The position numbers and the translations under genes were made by a program. The notes under the pieces were generated by a model. That model did not search any database, was not told the origin of the DNA, and worked only from the letters and a program-made list of their open reading frames with translations. From IMG/VR virus record IMGVR_UViG_2593339138_000002: a DNA stretch of 59,559 nucleotides; one strand, given 5' to 3'. Below are positions 27,273 to 36,537 of the stretch, piece after piece (position 1 is the first letter of the stretch; each line of letters begins with the position of its first letter). The DNA is from an uncultured virus (IMG/VR IMGVR_UViG_2593339138_000002). Its lineage: Duplodnaviria; Heunggongvirae; Uroviricota; Caudoviricetes.

Positions 27273-29537
27273 GTGAGCGAGATCAAAGAGCTGACAAGTA
27301 TACCGCCTATAGTTTTTAATTCACAGGGCGGAGAACTTATAGACTGGAGCGTCACGGGAGCCGCAGGCGGCGTCGGAAAGGAGACGGCAAACAGACTTGA
27401 CTATAAGCCTATAGCTCGTGGCTCGGGGCCCGGCGGCACATATACCGACGGCACCACCATTGCAGGTGTTGCAATGAACGCTGTCAGTATCCCCGACGGA
27501 GCACCTGCCGACGCCGACCATCAGCGCTGGTATATGCTCCGTGCAAATATCAACGAGGGCGGTAACTGGGTGGACGATTACAGAAGTCCCACCTATGCCA
27601 ACTGCAACTGGTATGCGAAGCTTACGGCAGGCACATACAAGCTCATTGCAGAGTGTGCAAATCCCTACGGCAAAACCGTCCGCGTGCCCAATCTTGACAG
27701 CATCTACCGCAACGACAGTGTATTGCCGGGGAACCATATCCCCAGATACGACCTTGTGGACAGCAGCGGAAATACACTCATAGAAGTAACTTGGGAGAAC
27801 TTCTTCGTAAGCGAAAATCAGCGGAGATGGACCCGAAAAGAGTCCGTATTCACCATAGCGGAGGAGACCAGTGTCGGCGTGTTCTCGAAGATGTTCCAGT
27901 ACGACAGCTCCTACGCTGTTGATAATATCACGCCCTATCTTGTATTCCGCTACATGATAGTGCCTGTGGACACACCGACATCGCAGTTCAGCGTCACCCT
28001 GCCCATATCGGGCAGTCCCGTTATCTCGGGCGAGAGCTGCTGGGAGCCGCACAAGGTAACGCTTGCGCTGACTATCAGCTCAGTGGGTGCAGGCGCAACA
28101 GATATCGAGATAGACATCGGACAGAAGCTGACAGCAGGTCAGACGATATCCCTTGCAAGCACTGGCAGAAGTATACCCACTTACTACGGCCGCAATACCA
28201 TCACCTGTGACAGTGAAGTGCAGCCTACAGTATACATCAAGTACACCGAGCAGGAGCTTGTGCCGATGTGGGCTGAGGAGCGCCCTGCGCAGGTGAGCAT
28301 ATATGACATACATGAACCTCAGAGCGGCTTTGACCACAACGGCATTGCTATCCTTATGCCGTCGGAAGTGACGTCAGAAAAAGAGGATAAAGGGCGCTGG
28401 GATATCACTCTCACGCACCCGATCGACCCATTCGGGAAATGGACATACATCGTAGGGCAGAACATCGTCAAGGTTAACAGTCAGCTTTTCCGCATAGATG
28501 AGACTGAGATAGTCGCAGAGGCAGACTCTGAGTATATCACAGCCCATGCATGGCATATCACCTACGATATGAGCGACTACTGGATAGAGGAGGCACAATT
28601 CACAGCCGTCGGCGGCGAGAACTACATCACGCAGCTGAACGCTCACCGTGTCAAGGACTTTCCAAATCAGCAGCACATGGTCGGAGAGTATACGTTTGAT
28701 ATCACATCCGACCTCGAGGGACAGATGGAATGCTCTATCACCGATCAGAGCATCATCGAGTCGATTTTCGGCGCCGATAACTCGCTCGTCACTCTCTACG
28801 GTGGCGAGGTATATCGAGACAATTTTCACATGAGCGTCAATCAGACACTTGAGGGAGCACCTGAAGGCAATGCGTTTACCTTGAGGTACGGCACCGACCT
28901 TACGAAGATATCCTTCAAGATAGATATGTCGGGCTGGGTCACGAACCTGATCGGCGTCGACAATTACGGTAACATGGTAGGCGTATGGTACGATACATCG
29001 GGCGACTGGATCGTACATCACCATAAGACAAAGCGCATCCATTTTACTTACTCGGACGAGGCAGCAGATGGCATCGAGCGTCTCTGGAAATCTGTATGGC
29101 CGTACTGGGATAGCGTAAGCACTCCGACGGTATCTATTGTCGTAGAGGTCGCCAATATCAAAGGTGACCCGAAGTACAAAGATTTCCTGAACTTGCAGAA
29201 CTATGACGTAGGCTACAAGGGGACGATCTATGTCGAGCACCTCGGCATAGACGTGGAAATGAAGATAGTCTCTATACGCAGGAATGAGCTGACAGGGGAA
29301 GCAATACAGATCACCCTCGGCAATACCAGACGCTCGCTGATACGGCAGACAGTCATGTCGCAGACCATAGTGTCCCCGAATTCTGTGGAGGGCAAGAACG
29401 TAGCCGCCATGCAGTCGATGCAGGCGGAGCTGTACAATACTCAGACTGCACTCATGAGTATGAGCATTGCGGGCATGGAAGCGTTCGACATAGCAGAACT
29501 TGAGCGCCGAACGATAAACGAACTGGAGGGAAAATAA
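27273..29537 (+). CDS. Tail spike/Tal with extra N-terminal domain
   Basis: C-terminal half has prophage tail endopeptidase pattern (FDHNGIAIL, HPID, QLFRI, YGGEVYRDNF, LRYGTDL). Confidence 0.75.
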   Translation: MSEIKELTSIPPIVFNSQGGELIDWSVTGAAGGVGKETANRLDYKPIARGSGPGGTYTDGTTIAGVAMNAVSIPDGAPADADHQRWYMLRANINEGGNWVDDYRSPTYANCNWYAKLTAGTYKLIAECANPYGKTVRVPNLDSIYRNDSVLPGNHIPRYDLVDSSGNTLIEVTWENFFVSENQRRWTRKESVFTIAEETSVGVFSKMFQYDSSYAVDNITPYLVFRYMIVPVDTPTSQFSVTLPISGSPVISGESCWEPHKVTLALTISSVGAGATDIEIDIGQKLTAGQTISLASTGRSIPTYYGRNTITCDSEVQPTVYIKYTEQELVPMWAEERPAQVSIYDIHEPQSGFDHNGIAILMPSEVTSEKEDKGRWDITLTHPIDPFGKWTYIVGQNIVKVNSQLFRIDETEIVAEADSEYITAHAWHITYDMSDYWIEEAQFTAVGGENYITQLNAHRVKDFPNQQHMVGEYTFDITSDLEGQMECSITDQSIIESIFGADNSLVTLYGGEVYRDNFHMSVNQTLEGAPEGNAFTLRYGTDLTKISFKIDMSGWVTNLIGVDNYGNMVGVWYDTSGDWIVHHHKTKRIHFTYSDEAADGIERLWKSVWPYWDSVSTPTVSIVVEVANIKGDPKYKDFLNLQNYDVGYKGTIYVEHLGIDVEMKIVSIRRNELTGEAIQITLGNTRRSLIRQTVMSQTIVSPNSVEGKNVAAMQSMQAELYNTQTALMSMSIAGMEAFDIAELERRTINELEGK

Positions 29538-30319
29538 TGAGTACTACATATACGCCGAACTACAACCTCGGCAAGCAGGAAGATCACGCCGACAAGTTTG
29601 ACATGAGTGTGATCACCGAGAATATGGACAAGCTTGACACAGCACTGTATGAGCAGGCAGAGGATATCGCAGAAGCCGATACCGCCGAAGCCGCCGACCG
29701 TGCCGCACTCGCTGAGCTTATCGACGGTGGAGCGAAAAACCGCCTGCCGATAACATCTGTTGATAGTCTCAAGCGGCTGAATACCTATGGTACATGGGAG
29801 AACAATGTCTACACTCACTCAAGCGGAGTCGTATTCACAGTCAACGATGATATGTCAATCACAGCAAACGGCACAGCTTCGGGAGCAAATGCAGTTTTCA
29901 TTCTTTCAATGCCGGGAGGCTTTTCGATTGAGGCAGGCAACTGGATCCTCTCGGGCTGCCCGTCAGGCGGCTCGGCAAGCACATACAACATCGCTATCGC
30001 GGGTACGACGTCCGACACAGGTACGACGGGAAGCTTTACCTCGTGTAGCAAGGTGCTCGTGAGGATCTACGTCATAAATGGCACAAGTATATCAAATGCG
30101 GTATTCCGTCCCATGGTCTGCTCGAAAGCAGCATGGGATATATCACAGGCTTATCAGCCCTACCGCCCGAGCTATGCTGAGCTCTACGCGATGGTGCAGG
30201 CGCTTCAGGGCGGCAGCAGTCTCAACAGCGTGCAGTCAACTGCACAGCTCACGGCACTCGACAAAACCGAAGAATTAACGACAATAGACGACAGCAGTTA
30301 TACAACGGAAAACAGTTGA
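29537..30319 (+). CDS. Tail fibre / receptor-binding-like protein
   Basis: TPNYNL...NMDKLD start, beta-rich GVVFTVNDDMSITANGT segment. Confidence 0.65.
   Translation: MSTTYTPNYNLGKQEDHADKFDMSVITENMDKLDTALYEQAEDIAEADTAEAADRAALAELIDGGAKNRLPITSVDSLKRLNTYGTWENNVYTHSSGVVFTVNDDMSITANGTASGANAVFILSMPGGFSIEAGNWILSGCPSGGSASTYNIAIAGTTSDTGTTGSFTSCSKVLVRIYVINGTSISNAVFRPMVCSKAAWDISQAYQPYRPSYAELYAMVQALQGGSSLNSVQSTAQLTALDKTEELTTIDDSSYTTENS
30229..30246. repeat. 18-bp palindrome copy 4 (in CDS)
   Basis: cgtgcagtcaactgcaca, read as VQSTAQ. Confidence 0.8.
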
Positions 30320-30361
30320 TTTTCACCTTTTTTCAGACTATAAGTGAGAGGAGGTGAAAAC

Positions 30362-30628
30362 ATGGACAGCAGTATTATAGTATCCATCATATCAGCAGCT
30401 GTGACAATTATTACAGTAATCATAAATACAAAGGCAAGTAACCGTGAACTGACACACAAGCTTGAAACACAGCAGGCTGTCACGGAGACTAAGATAGACA
30501 GCCTGACATCTGAGGTCAGGGAACACAACAACTTTGCAAGGCGTATGCCTGTCGTCGAGGAGCAAATCAAGGTCATCAATCACAGACTGGAGGATTTGGA
30601 ACGTGAAAATCAAAGAAAGAGTAGCTAA
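30362..30628 (+). CDS. Holin-like membrane protein
   Basis: N-terminal TM, V..HNN...R...VE pattern, lysis module. Confidence 0.65.
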   Translation: MDSSIIVSIISAAVTIITVIINTKASNRELTHKLETQQAVTETKIDSLTSEVREHNNFARRMPVVEEQIKVINHRLEDLERENQRKSS

Positions 30629-30791
30629 GCTTATAGACGTAAAGTCGATAGTTACGCTGACATTAACAGGAGTATTCGCCTTTATGAATGCCGCAGGTCT
30701 GGATGTTCCTGAGAACTTCAAGACGATATACATAATGATAATAGGCTTTTACTTCGGTACTCAGACAAACAAAATAAAGGAGGAAAAGTAA
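30603..30791 (+). CDS. Holin
   Basis: LIDVKSIVT...IIGFYFGTQ, two TMs, before endolysin. Confidence 0.75.
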   Translation: MKIKERVAKLIDVKSIVTLTLTGVFAFMNAAGLDVPENFKTIYIMIIGFYFGTQTNKIKEEK

Positions 30792-31345
30792 TGAATAGTC
30801 CATACGAAGGCAAATTCAAGGTATCGCAGCAGTATACCCTCGGAACTCATGACGGACTCGACCTTGTCGGTATCGACAGCAAAGAGATCCACAGCTGTGC
30901 TAATGCAGAGGTTATCCATGTAGGCTGGGAAAACGCAGCGAACCACAAGCAGGGCTTCGGCTACTATGTAGCTACGAAGGACGATGTTGCCGGCAAAGAC
31001 GGCGTGCAGAAGATACGCTACTACGGTCATCTTACTGAGAACAGTGCAAGAGTAAAGGTCGGCGACAAGGTCAAAATCACTGATGTGCTCGGAATTGAGG
31101 GACACACTGGCTATGTGATACCCGACGGTCCCGGTGGAGCTCATTGTCACTACGAGATCCGTTCCGCGTTCTATAAGGGGGCGAAGGTCTATGATGTCAG
31201 CGCAGAGTCAGGTATTCCCAACGTTAAGGATGGTATCTATGATGATGGCTATCGCCCGAAGCAGAGCACTGCTGAGAAGAAAACGATAGAGGTAATGCTT
31301 GAGTATGAAGGACATAAGTACAGCGGCCTTCTGGAAGAACTGTGA
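30791..31345 (+). CDS. M23-family peptidase endolysin
   Basis: HDGLD, YGHL, GHTG, HCHYE. Confidence 0.85.
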   Translation: MNSPYEGKFKVSQQYTLGTHDGLDLVGIDSKEIHSCANAEVIHVGWENAANHKQGFGYYVATKDDVAGKDGVQKIRYYGHLTENSARVKVGDKVKITDVLGIEGHTGYVIPDGPGGAHCHYEIRSAFYKGAKVYDVSAESGIPNVKDGIYDDGYRPKQSTAEKKTIEVMLEYEGHKYSGLLEEL

Positions 31346-31348
31346 GCC

Positions 31349-31377
31349 TTGACAGTCTGCACTCAGCATGGTATAAT
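31349..31377 (+). promoter_or_regulatory. Consensus sigma-A promoter
   Basis: TTGACA-17-TATAAT with extended TG. Confidence 0.7.
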
Positions 31378-31382
31378 ACATG

Positions 31383-31416
31383 AAGAAAGCCCTTCCTTTC
31401 GGGAGGGCTTTTCTTT
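31383..31416. terminator. Bidirectional terminator
   Basis: aagaaagcccttcc-tttc-gggagggcttttcttt. Confidence 0.75.
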
Positions 31417-31430
31417 ATAACTTTCTGGAT

Positions 31431-31550
31431 TTCGGCGGTCCTGACGGTGAGCTTTCGGCTTCGCTTCGCTATCTCAACCAGCGCTATGCAATGCCATACG
31501 GCGAAGTAAAGGGACTCCTTACTGACATCGGGACCGAGGAATATGCACAT
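31431..31550 (+). pseudogene. cotJC: Internal fragment of host cotJC / manganese catalase family gene
   Basis: Translates FGGPDGELSASLRYLNQRYAMPYGEVKGLLTDIGTEE(YAH), the CotJC GG.DGEL...LRYL.QR...LLTDIGTEE.AH segment; no start codon; stop two codons later. Confidence 0.88.
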
Positions 31551-31578
31551 CAATGATGTATATGATACCTGTGGAAAA

Positions 31579-33093
31579 TCAAATCAGCGAAATATCGAGA
31601 AAAAACGGAACAGGGTGCCACTTGTCGCGGACCTCTGTCTCGCGGTGATATGTGATATCCTTGATTACTGTGCGGAGCAGATTATTCTTTTCCTCTGCTG
31701 AGGCAGTAGGGTCCTCAAGTATAGCGATAGCATCGTGCAGTGCAATGATCTTCTGTCGGTAGTCTACCTCTGATACCTGATAGCTCTTAGCTGTCTCGAT
31801 TGCCTCTTGGAGCTCCTGCCGGCGCTGCGCGAGTGCAGCATTACGCTTGACGAATACCTCGCTGGTATAGATACCCTGCTCGAGAAATTCGTATAGTCTC
31901 TCTTGCTGAGTTTCAAGCGCATTGAGTTCCTTGCGTAGAGCTTCTGCGATAGCCTTGTGCGCGTCATGAGTGTTTTGAGTGCCTTCTGCAAGCTGCTCAG
32001 ATAGTTCTGCCACAAGCTGTCGGAGTGCTCTGATTACTTCCTCTTCTACCTCTCTGTACGTCGCTGAGCGATTACCACACCGCATCTGATAGGCGCAGTG
32101 CAGACGAGCCTCGCACTTCTTATGAGGCTGATATATCATAGGGCGACCGCAGGAACAGTGCATGATACCCGCAAAGGGATTTTTCAGTCCTGACTTAGCC
32201 TTTACTTTCGGAAGGCTTCCGAAACGGGCAAGAGAAGCGTTGAACGTCTCCTCCGAGATGATAGGCTCATGCTTGCCGTCGACGAGTATCCAGTCCTCTT
32301 TGTTAGCCTTAGGGCGTGATGATATCAGCTCGCCGCCCTCATAGTGCTTCACGGTCTTGCGACAGTTCCAGCGAATTTTTCCGATATATACGGGGTTGCG
32401 AAGCATATCTCTTATGCTTGCGTTATTCCATATCTCGGACTTCCTCGGCTTGATATGCAACTCATTGAGACGGTTCGCGATCGTGGTGGTTCCGAGCCCG
32501 TCTTTTGTCCAGAGCTCATACATCAGGCGCACGGTGTCAGCCTCTGAGTTCGGGACGAGAGTATAAGCTTTCCCGACCTTTACTTTATCATAACCGTAGG
32601 GAGCGACAGAGCCGATGAAGTTTCCCTCATTGACGGAGGCTATCCTGCCGCGCATCATGATCTCCTTGACGTATTCCAGATAGTCATTTCCGCGCATGAG
32701 CTCCATCTCGAAAAACTTACGGTCGAACTTGTCTCCGAGATCATACGTCTTCGGAGGCGTGACGATCAGTGTATCAGTATAGCGGAACGCTCTGATAATA
32801 GTGCCGCAGTCAGACAGGTCTCCACGGCTCAGTCGCTGCGGATCAACAACAAGAACTCCCTTTACCTCCTCGGTCTGAATACGGTCGAGGAGCTTTTTTA
32901 TTTCTGGGCGGTCTTGAATAGTCTCACCCGAGACTACCTCTCGGTAGATCATGTCCTCAGGGATAACTCCGCCGAGCTTGGCAGCTGCATAGTCCTGCAA
33001 TATCTTATAGTGCTTCGCCAGTACCTCCTCGACGGTCTCATGCTCGCCGTCGGCTCGGGACTTACGAAGATACATCAAGTATTTATCGGACAT
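31579..33093 (-). CDS. Large serine recombinase (integrase)
   Basis: YLRKS catalytic motif, RLSR, recombinase domain (PYGY, NPVYIG, HEPII), Zn ribbon, coiled coil; AAAGGAGG RBS. Confidence 0.95.
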   Translation of the reverse strand: MSDKYLMYLRKSRADGEHETVEEVLAKHYKILQDYAAAKLGGVIPEDMIYREVVSGETIQDRPEIKKLLDRIQTEEVKGVLVVDPQRLSRGDLSDCGTIIRAFRYTDTLIVTPPKTYDLGDKFDRKFFEMELMRGNDYLEYVKEIMMRGRIASVNEGNFIGSVAPYGYDKVKVGKAYTLVPNSEADTVRLMYELWTKDGLGTTTIANRLNELHIKPRKSEIWNNASIRDMLRNPVYIGKIRWNCRKTVKHYEGGELISSRPKANKEDWILVDGKHEPIISEETFNASLARFGSLPKVKAKSGLKNPFAGIMHCSCGRPMIYQPHKKCEARLHCAYQMRCGNRSATYREVEEEVIRALRQLVAELSEQLAEGTQNTHDAHKAIAEALRKELNALETQQERLYEFLEQGIYTSEVFVKRNAALAQRRQELQEAIETAKSYQVSEVDYRQKIIALHDAIAILEDPTASAEEKNNLLRTVIKDITYHRETEVRDKWHPVPFFLDISLI

Positions 33094-33163
33094 GCTTCCT
33101 CCTTTCTGCGGCCGACAAAGATGTCGGTTGCAAATATCCCCTGCACGGAGCAGGGGATTATTT

Positions 33164-33694
33164 TTAATAGAAAACAATCGTATCAATCATACTCATGACA
33201 ACATCGTTGTCAATCGAATGGAAAGAAATAGTGCCATGAAGAGAGTCGGTATAGAATTCAATTCGTTTATTGTCGCTGTTCCCATCAGCAGTAATTAGAT
33301 ATGCCTGTCCATTTTTCACAAACGAGTCCTCAACAAAATATCCTTCATAAGATGATTTTAATGCATCATCAGTCAAGGCATATTCTTTGAAGCTTTCCCA
33401 GTGTTCAGTAATTTCGGCTTGAGATAGTTTATCATAAGAGGGATCGTGATTTATAGAAAAATCAATAAAATGCATATCGTCTTCTGAGCCCCATATCCAT
33501 GAAGCCATTGTTAAATCACCATTGATATGATCGTTTTCTTGCCAGTTTGAATTTGTGCTGATTTTTAAATAATCACATTCCCATGATGCATCAAGAGTCT
33601 TGAAGTCAAGTTCTTTTTCTTTTTGTGGCTTTGAGGAGCAAGAGCAGCTAAATAGCATTAACAGAGATATAGGGATTGAGATAAGCTTTTTCAT
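33164..33694 (-). CDS. Lipoprotein (possible superinfection exclusion)
   Basis: Signal peptide with lipobox LFSC; AT-rich; between repressor and integrase. Confidence 0.7.
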   Translation of the reverse strand: MKKLISIPISLLMLFSCSCSSKPQKEKELDFKTLDASWECDYLKISTNSNWQENDHINGDLTMASWIWGSEDDMHFIDFSINHDPSYDKLSQAEITEHWESFKEYALTDDALKSSYEGYFVEDSFVKNGQAYLITADGNSDNKRIEFYTDSLHGTISFHSIDNDVVMSMIDTIVFY

Positions 33695-33704
33695 AATAGC
33701 CTCC

Positions 33705-34364
33705 TTACACAGACTTGATTATTTTCTTTACCACGCCCATGATCTTTATATCATCGAGCTTAGAGCCAGAGAAGACCATCGGCGGATAGCTCGGATTGAT
33801 AGACTCAAGCGTGAGCTTTTCCTCAGTCTGAAAAGCACGCTTCACAAAGCCGTCGTTTTCTCCACAGACCACCGCCACAACAATGTCGCCGTTCTCGAAG
33901 TAGTCCTGCTTATGGACAACGACGAGGTCGTCCTCCTCTATCTTCGGATACATCGAGTCACCCTTGACAGCGATAGCCAGAGTCTCCTCAGCTTCCCGCT
34001 GACTTTCAAGATATAAAGGCTCATAGCCGCAGATCTGATCGTCCGCGTATGCTCCAAAGCCTGCGGATACAGTTTTGAAAATCGGTATCATGTATATATT
34101 ATCTTTATCAAGAATATTAAAACCTCTATACTGAGGTTCAGAAGTCAGTGAAAGGTTCGCGTCATCGTCCCAGCCCATAAGAGAAGAAGGAGAAGTATCA
34201 AGTGCCTTGGCGATTGCTACGATCATTGATTGAGAAGCGTCACGTTCCCCTGACTCGATTTTTGCAATGGTTGATCTTGATTTATATCCGGCTGCCTGAG
34301 CAAGCTCATCTTGTGTCATGCCTTTGTCTGTTCTTAATTTATTAACTCTTTCACCAAAAGTCAT
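33705..34364 (-). CDS. CI-like repressor (HTH + S24)
   Basis: HTH, SAG, GDSMYP, VKR. Confidence 0.93.
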   Translation of the reverse strand: MTFGERVNKLRTDKGMTQDELAQAAGYKSRSTIAKIESGERDASQSMIVAIAKALDTSPSSLMGWDDDANLSLTSEPQYRGFNILDKDNIYMIPIFKTVSAGFGAYADDQICGYEPLYLESQREAEETLAIAVKGDSMYPKIEEDDLVVVHKQDYFENGDIVVAVVCGENDGFVKRAFQTEEKLTLESINPSYPPMVFSGSKLDDIKIMGVVKKIIKSV

Positions 34365-34406
34365 GTATCTCACCTCCTATTTATATTATAATCATTATAG
34401 CATATT

Positions 34407-34568
34407 GTTGTCGAAGTGTCAACAAAAATTGTCGTTGAAGTGTGACACAATGTCAACAAAAATATCAGTACGGATTTGTGCAAAAAATAGAAAGAAAAAT
34501 AATATGCAAAATTCTGTTGACAAATTGCCAACACAATGATATACTGTAGATGTTGGCAAAGAGTCAAC
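34407..34568. promoter_or_regulatory. Switch region: operators GTTGAC-N5-GTCAAC and promoter TTGACA(34517)-17-TATACT(34540)
   Basis: Imperfect 17-bp palindromes at 34407, 34441, 34516, 34552 and 34800. Confidence 0.78.
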
Positions 34569-34592
34569 AATCATTACTGTGGAGGTGAGAAA

Positions 34593-34808
34593 ATGACTGA
34601 CACTCAACTTCTAATGTCTTGCATAAAAAACTGCAAGCTGAACGTAAAAAGCGTTGCAGCACAGCTAAATCTCACAAGACAGGGGTTTTGGAAGAAGATA
34701 ACAGGTCGTTCGGAGTTCAAACAGTCGGAAATCGGAAAACTTACAAGGCTTTTAAAACTTGATGTCGATACCCAGTATAAAATTTTTTTTGCGAATGCTG
34801 TTGACTGA
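34593..34808 (+). CDS. Cro-like protein
   Basis: HTH, SEFKQSEI...IFF; divergent from repressor. Confidence 0.85.
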   Translation: MTDTQLLMSCIKNCKLNVKSVAAQLNLTRQGFWKKITGRSEFKQSEIGKLTRLLKLDVDTQYKIFFANAVD

Positions 34809-34871
34809 TAGTCACGCACAGCCATCAGCTAAGGACAAAAATGTCCCTACCACCCGAGAAAGGAGGATATA

Positions 34872-35066
34872 ATGGACAAAATACATATTCACTGTGATAC
34901 TATTGCGCAGTTCAAAGCTTTAAGGGAAATACAGCGCTCTTTTCTACCGGAGGGAGTAAAGTCGTTACAACTTATTCCTGATGGGATAAGGCTCACCGAT
35001 CAGACAGGAGCGACAGCAGATTTTATTTATTTTCCCGGAAGCGATATGGTGGTATTTTCACAGTAA
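34872..35066 (+). CDS. Hypothetical protein
   Basis: AAGGAGG RBS, directly after cro. Confidence 0.65.
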   Translation: MDKIHIHCDTIAQFKALREIQRSFLPEGVKSLQLIPDGIRLTDQTGATADFIYFPGSDMVVFSQ

Positions 35067-35130
35067 AGAAAAAGAGCTGGAGGCAACTGTACAACCCGTA
35101 AGCACATAAGCATAGGAATGAGGTGATAGT

Positions 35131-35361
35131 ATGAGAAAAGACGATATCAGGAACTGGACAGAGACCGAGACCGAAAAGGAGCGCACGGTCAGCTACGATA
35201 CAGACCGCGCTCATATAACTGTACATATCCCGAAGCACACTTCCGAGGAGCAGGCAGTCTTTGAGAAAAACGTCCGTGCAGCTCTGCGTCGCTTTTATCA
35301 TCACATCACCGTTGAAAAAGGCTGTGACTGGGACGAGCTCGTCGCCAAGTACAGCAACTGA
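35131..35361 (+). CDS. Hypothetical protein
   Basis: GAGGTG RBS. Confidence 0.6.
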   Translation: MRKDDIRNWTETETEKERTVSYDTDRAHITVHIPKHTSEEQAVFEKNVRAALRRFYHHITVEKGCDWDELVAKYSN

Positions 35362-35363
35362 CT

Positions 35364-35381
35364 TGTGCAGTCAACTGCACG
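35364..35381. repeat. 18-bp palindrome copy 5
   Basis: tgtgcagtcaactgcacg then ggaaaaccgataaggag. Confidence 0.85.
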
Positions 35382-35406
35382 GGAAAACCGATAAGGAGGA
35401 AAATAC

Positions 35407-35988
35407 ATGAAAAAGCTTACCGATGCCGAGAAGAAGGAGATCATCAAGAACATTCTCGGCGCAGCAGACCGAAAGAAGCAGCTCGGAATTGAAGCCGACC
35501 TGCACTGTATCTCCAAGGGCGATGTGAAGGATATCCTCAAGGCTGACGGTGTCGACCTGAGAATATTCTGCGGAGGTCGCCACGACAAGAAACGCATTGA
35601 GGACGAGCTTATCAAGGAGCAGGCACAGGAGCCTGTGGACGAGCCCACCGCCACGGAGCAGGGAGAGACCGACGAGGAACTCGCTCAGCAGTGGGCTGAT
35701 CTGGCGATACCGCCCTATGAAGAAAATATTTGTGAACCTAAAGAAAAAATCTGCGAACCCGAAGAAAATCACACCCTCGCAGACGTTCAGGACATACCGC
35801 GCAAGCCTTACACCAACGAAATTCCTAAGGCGGTAATTGCTGCTGTAGAAGATAAGATTACAGAACTTCAATATATGATCGAGCAGAATAAGGAACAAGA
35901 AAAAAGCCTTTTACAGCACAACGAGAAGTTTAACGCTCGTATTGATATTTTGAATGCATGGCTAAAAGAGGTAAAAAACAGAAAGTGA
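35407..35988 (+). CDS. Hypothetical protein
   Basis: AAGGAGG RBS, acidic linker and coiled coil. Confidence 0.65.
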   Translation: MKKLTDAEKKEIIKNILGAADRKKQLGIEADLHCISKGDVKDILKADGVDLRIFCGGRHDKKRIEDELIKEQAQEPVDEPTATEQGETDEELAQQWADLAIPPYEENICEPKEKICEPEENHTLADVQDIPRKPYTNEIPKAVIAAVEDKITELQYMIEQNKEQEKSLLQHNEKFNARIDILNAWLKEVKNRK

Positions 35989-36000
35989 GGGGATTGAGGT

Positions 36001-36240
36001 ATGAGAACAGATGAAGAGATTTTTGACGAGAAGCGCCGGTTTGTCACGGACAAGCTCACACCTTTCCTCGCGGCGATAGATCAGGACATAGAGTCCGCGG
36101 AGTATCACGTTATCACTCATACTCCCTACGATCTGGAATATATCATCATCACATGGAAAGGCGGGAGCAGCAAGAGAGCATACGTCACCGGTGACAGCCT
36201 TGTCGCCCTCGCAAAGGACGTTCTGAAGGTGATATCATGA
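36001..36240 (+). CDS. Hypothetical protein
   Basis: RBS, operon packing. Confidence 0.6.
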   Translation: MRTDEEIFDEKRRFVTDKLTPFLAAIDQDIESAEYHVITHTPYDLEYIIITWKGGSSKRAYVTGDSLVALAKDVLKVIS

Positions 36241-36527
36241 TAAGATACAAGATAAGAGACGTCGCCTATGAGTGCGACGAGACACAGGGAACAGCTACGG
36301 TCAAGGCTCCGAGTGGTGACATTGCCTTCAGCAACGCCATCGAGGGCTGGAACTACTTCACAGGTCTGGCGTTCTTCCCGCTGGAACTTGACCTGCGGAA
36401 TAAGCTCCAAGAGAACGGCTTCAACCGCTGGACAGGCACTCGCAAGGTTGACTATACCGAGAGCGAGCTGAAGATGATAGACAATGCCGACGAGGCAGCA
36501 CGAAAGAGAGAGCTGTACAAGTTCTGA
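36237..36527 (+). CDS. Hypothetical protein
   Basis: ATGA overlap with upstream gene. Confidence 0.6.
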   Translation: MIRYKIRDVAYECDETQGTATVKAPSGDIAFSNAIEGWNYFTGLAFFPLELDLRNKLQENGFNRWTGTRKVDYTESELKMIDNADEAARKRELYKF

Positions 36528-36537
36528 GGAGGGCGGT

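Larger units (their letters stand above)
1..31430. mobile_element. Prophage 1 (temperate siphovirus-like, HK97-type head); left end/integrase outside window
   Basis: Canonical module order: repressor/Cro, recombination, replication, late activator, HNH-terS-terL, portal, protease, capsid, tail, holins, endolysin; right end abuts cotJC fragment. Confidence 0.93.

Noticed and set aside
27273..30319. Diversity-generating retroelement or shufflon acting on tail genes
   Set aside because: No reverse transcriptase, no adenine-variant TR/VR pair and no invertase with inverted cassettes seen
31224..31553. 109-aa minus-strand ORF at the prophage junction
   Set aside because: Antisense shadow of the cotJC fragment, terminator and endolysin end
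34407..34816. Equating the 18-bp palindrome with the prophage 2 operator
   Set aside because: They share only the GTCAAC hexamer; operators are two half-sites 5 bp apart and confined to the switch region
35164..35185. 22-bp match accgagaccgaaaaggagcgca also near 40295
   Set aside because: Single short match inside unrelated CDSs (TETEKER), no boundary or structure association
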